Shown piece by piece: positions 63,703 through 64,000 of a stretch of 64,000 nucleotides of DNA. Made by a program: the position numbers and the translations under genes. This stretch comes from Gemmatimonadota bacterium (GTDB lineage Bacteria; Gemmatimonadota; Gemmatimonadetes; Palauibacterales; Palauibacteraceae), in contig OY762926.1 in assembly GCA_963666735.1 (NCBI GenBank), forward strand, positions 2,208,001 to 2,272,000. Reading direction: 5' to 3'. The notes beneath the pieces are model-generated. The model searched no databases. It saw nothing but the letters and a program-made list of their open reading frames with translations, and was not told where the DNA came from. The stretch's first letter is position 1, and each line of letters begins with the position of its first letter.

Positions 63703-64000
63703 CGGAACCGTGGCCGAGGCGGGTGTGGACCTGTCCCCCGGTGCGCGGCGGCTCGTGCGCGTGAACGGGCGCGTCCAGCCCGGCGAGATCGTCGTCGTCG
63801 TGACCGATCCGACGATGGGGCGGTACGCGGAGGCCGTCGCCTCGGCCGCTCGCGAGGCCGGAGCCGCCGTCACCGTATGCATCATCCCGCTGCGCGAGCA
63901 GGACGGACAGGAACCACCGCCGCCCGTCGGGCGCGCCATGGCCAAGGCGGCCGTCATTTTCTCGCCCGTGCGGGTCTCGATCACCCACACGCGGGCCATG
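63695..64000 (+). CDS. Aminopeptidase T / leucyl aminopeptidase-like protein, N-terminal part (runs off window end)
   Basis: Manual translation from GTG 63695: ...VQPGEIVVVVTD...DGQEPPPPV..AM..A.VIF.P...SITHTRA. Confidence 0.7.
   Translation, partial: MADGTVAEAGVDLSPGARRLVRVNGRVQPGEIVVVVTDPTMGRYAEAVASAAREAGAAVTVCIIPLREQDGQEPPPPVGRAMAKAAVIFSPVRVSITHTRAM

Noticed and set aside
1..64000. tRNA, rRNA, integrase, transposase or prophage genes
   Set aside because: None recognisable; intergenic gaps are short and nearly all the sequence is accounted for by protein-coding genes.

Overview
High-GC (roughly 70% by eye) bacterial chromosomal window with about 56 genes. Most encode exported or membrane enzymes and transporters for peptide, amino-acid and aromatic scavenging: cyanophycinase, M14/M19/M28/S9 peptidases, a GGT-like enzyme, two class C serine hydrolases, PxpABC, three FAH-family proteins, a PQQ dehydrogenase, a tannase plus Mo-hydroxylase operon, TonB/OMP receptors, and CstA, APC and MATE transporters. 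Gene content suggests Gemmatimonadota (inference only). No rRNA, tRNA, CRISPR array or transposase was seen. Several small accessory cassettes, most of them lower in GC, are embedded in this backbone: (1) an AAA_14/DUF4143 ATPase preceded by five degenerate 23-24 bp repeats; (2) an ABC-ATPase plus TOPRIM-like (DUF3226-like) pair, a candidate defence system; (3) a 159-bp hairpin MITE flanked by CTAG; (4) a small secreted Cys-rich protein plus a 6-bladed beta-propeller; (5) a BlaI/M56 pair with a clear sigma70 promoter and two palindromic operators. The most intriguing signals are an apparent internal Shine-Dalgarno/ATG in the M56 gene that could yield a nested lipoprotein, the translationally coupled CC-stop protein/ArsA-GET3 ATPase/CstA operon, and catalytic-residue substitutions in a Tat-exported racemase-fold enzyme, the GGT-like enzyme and one FAH paralog. 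All family assignments are from motif recognition, not database searches.
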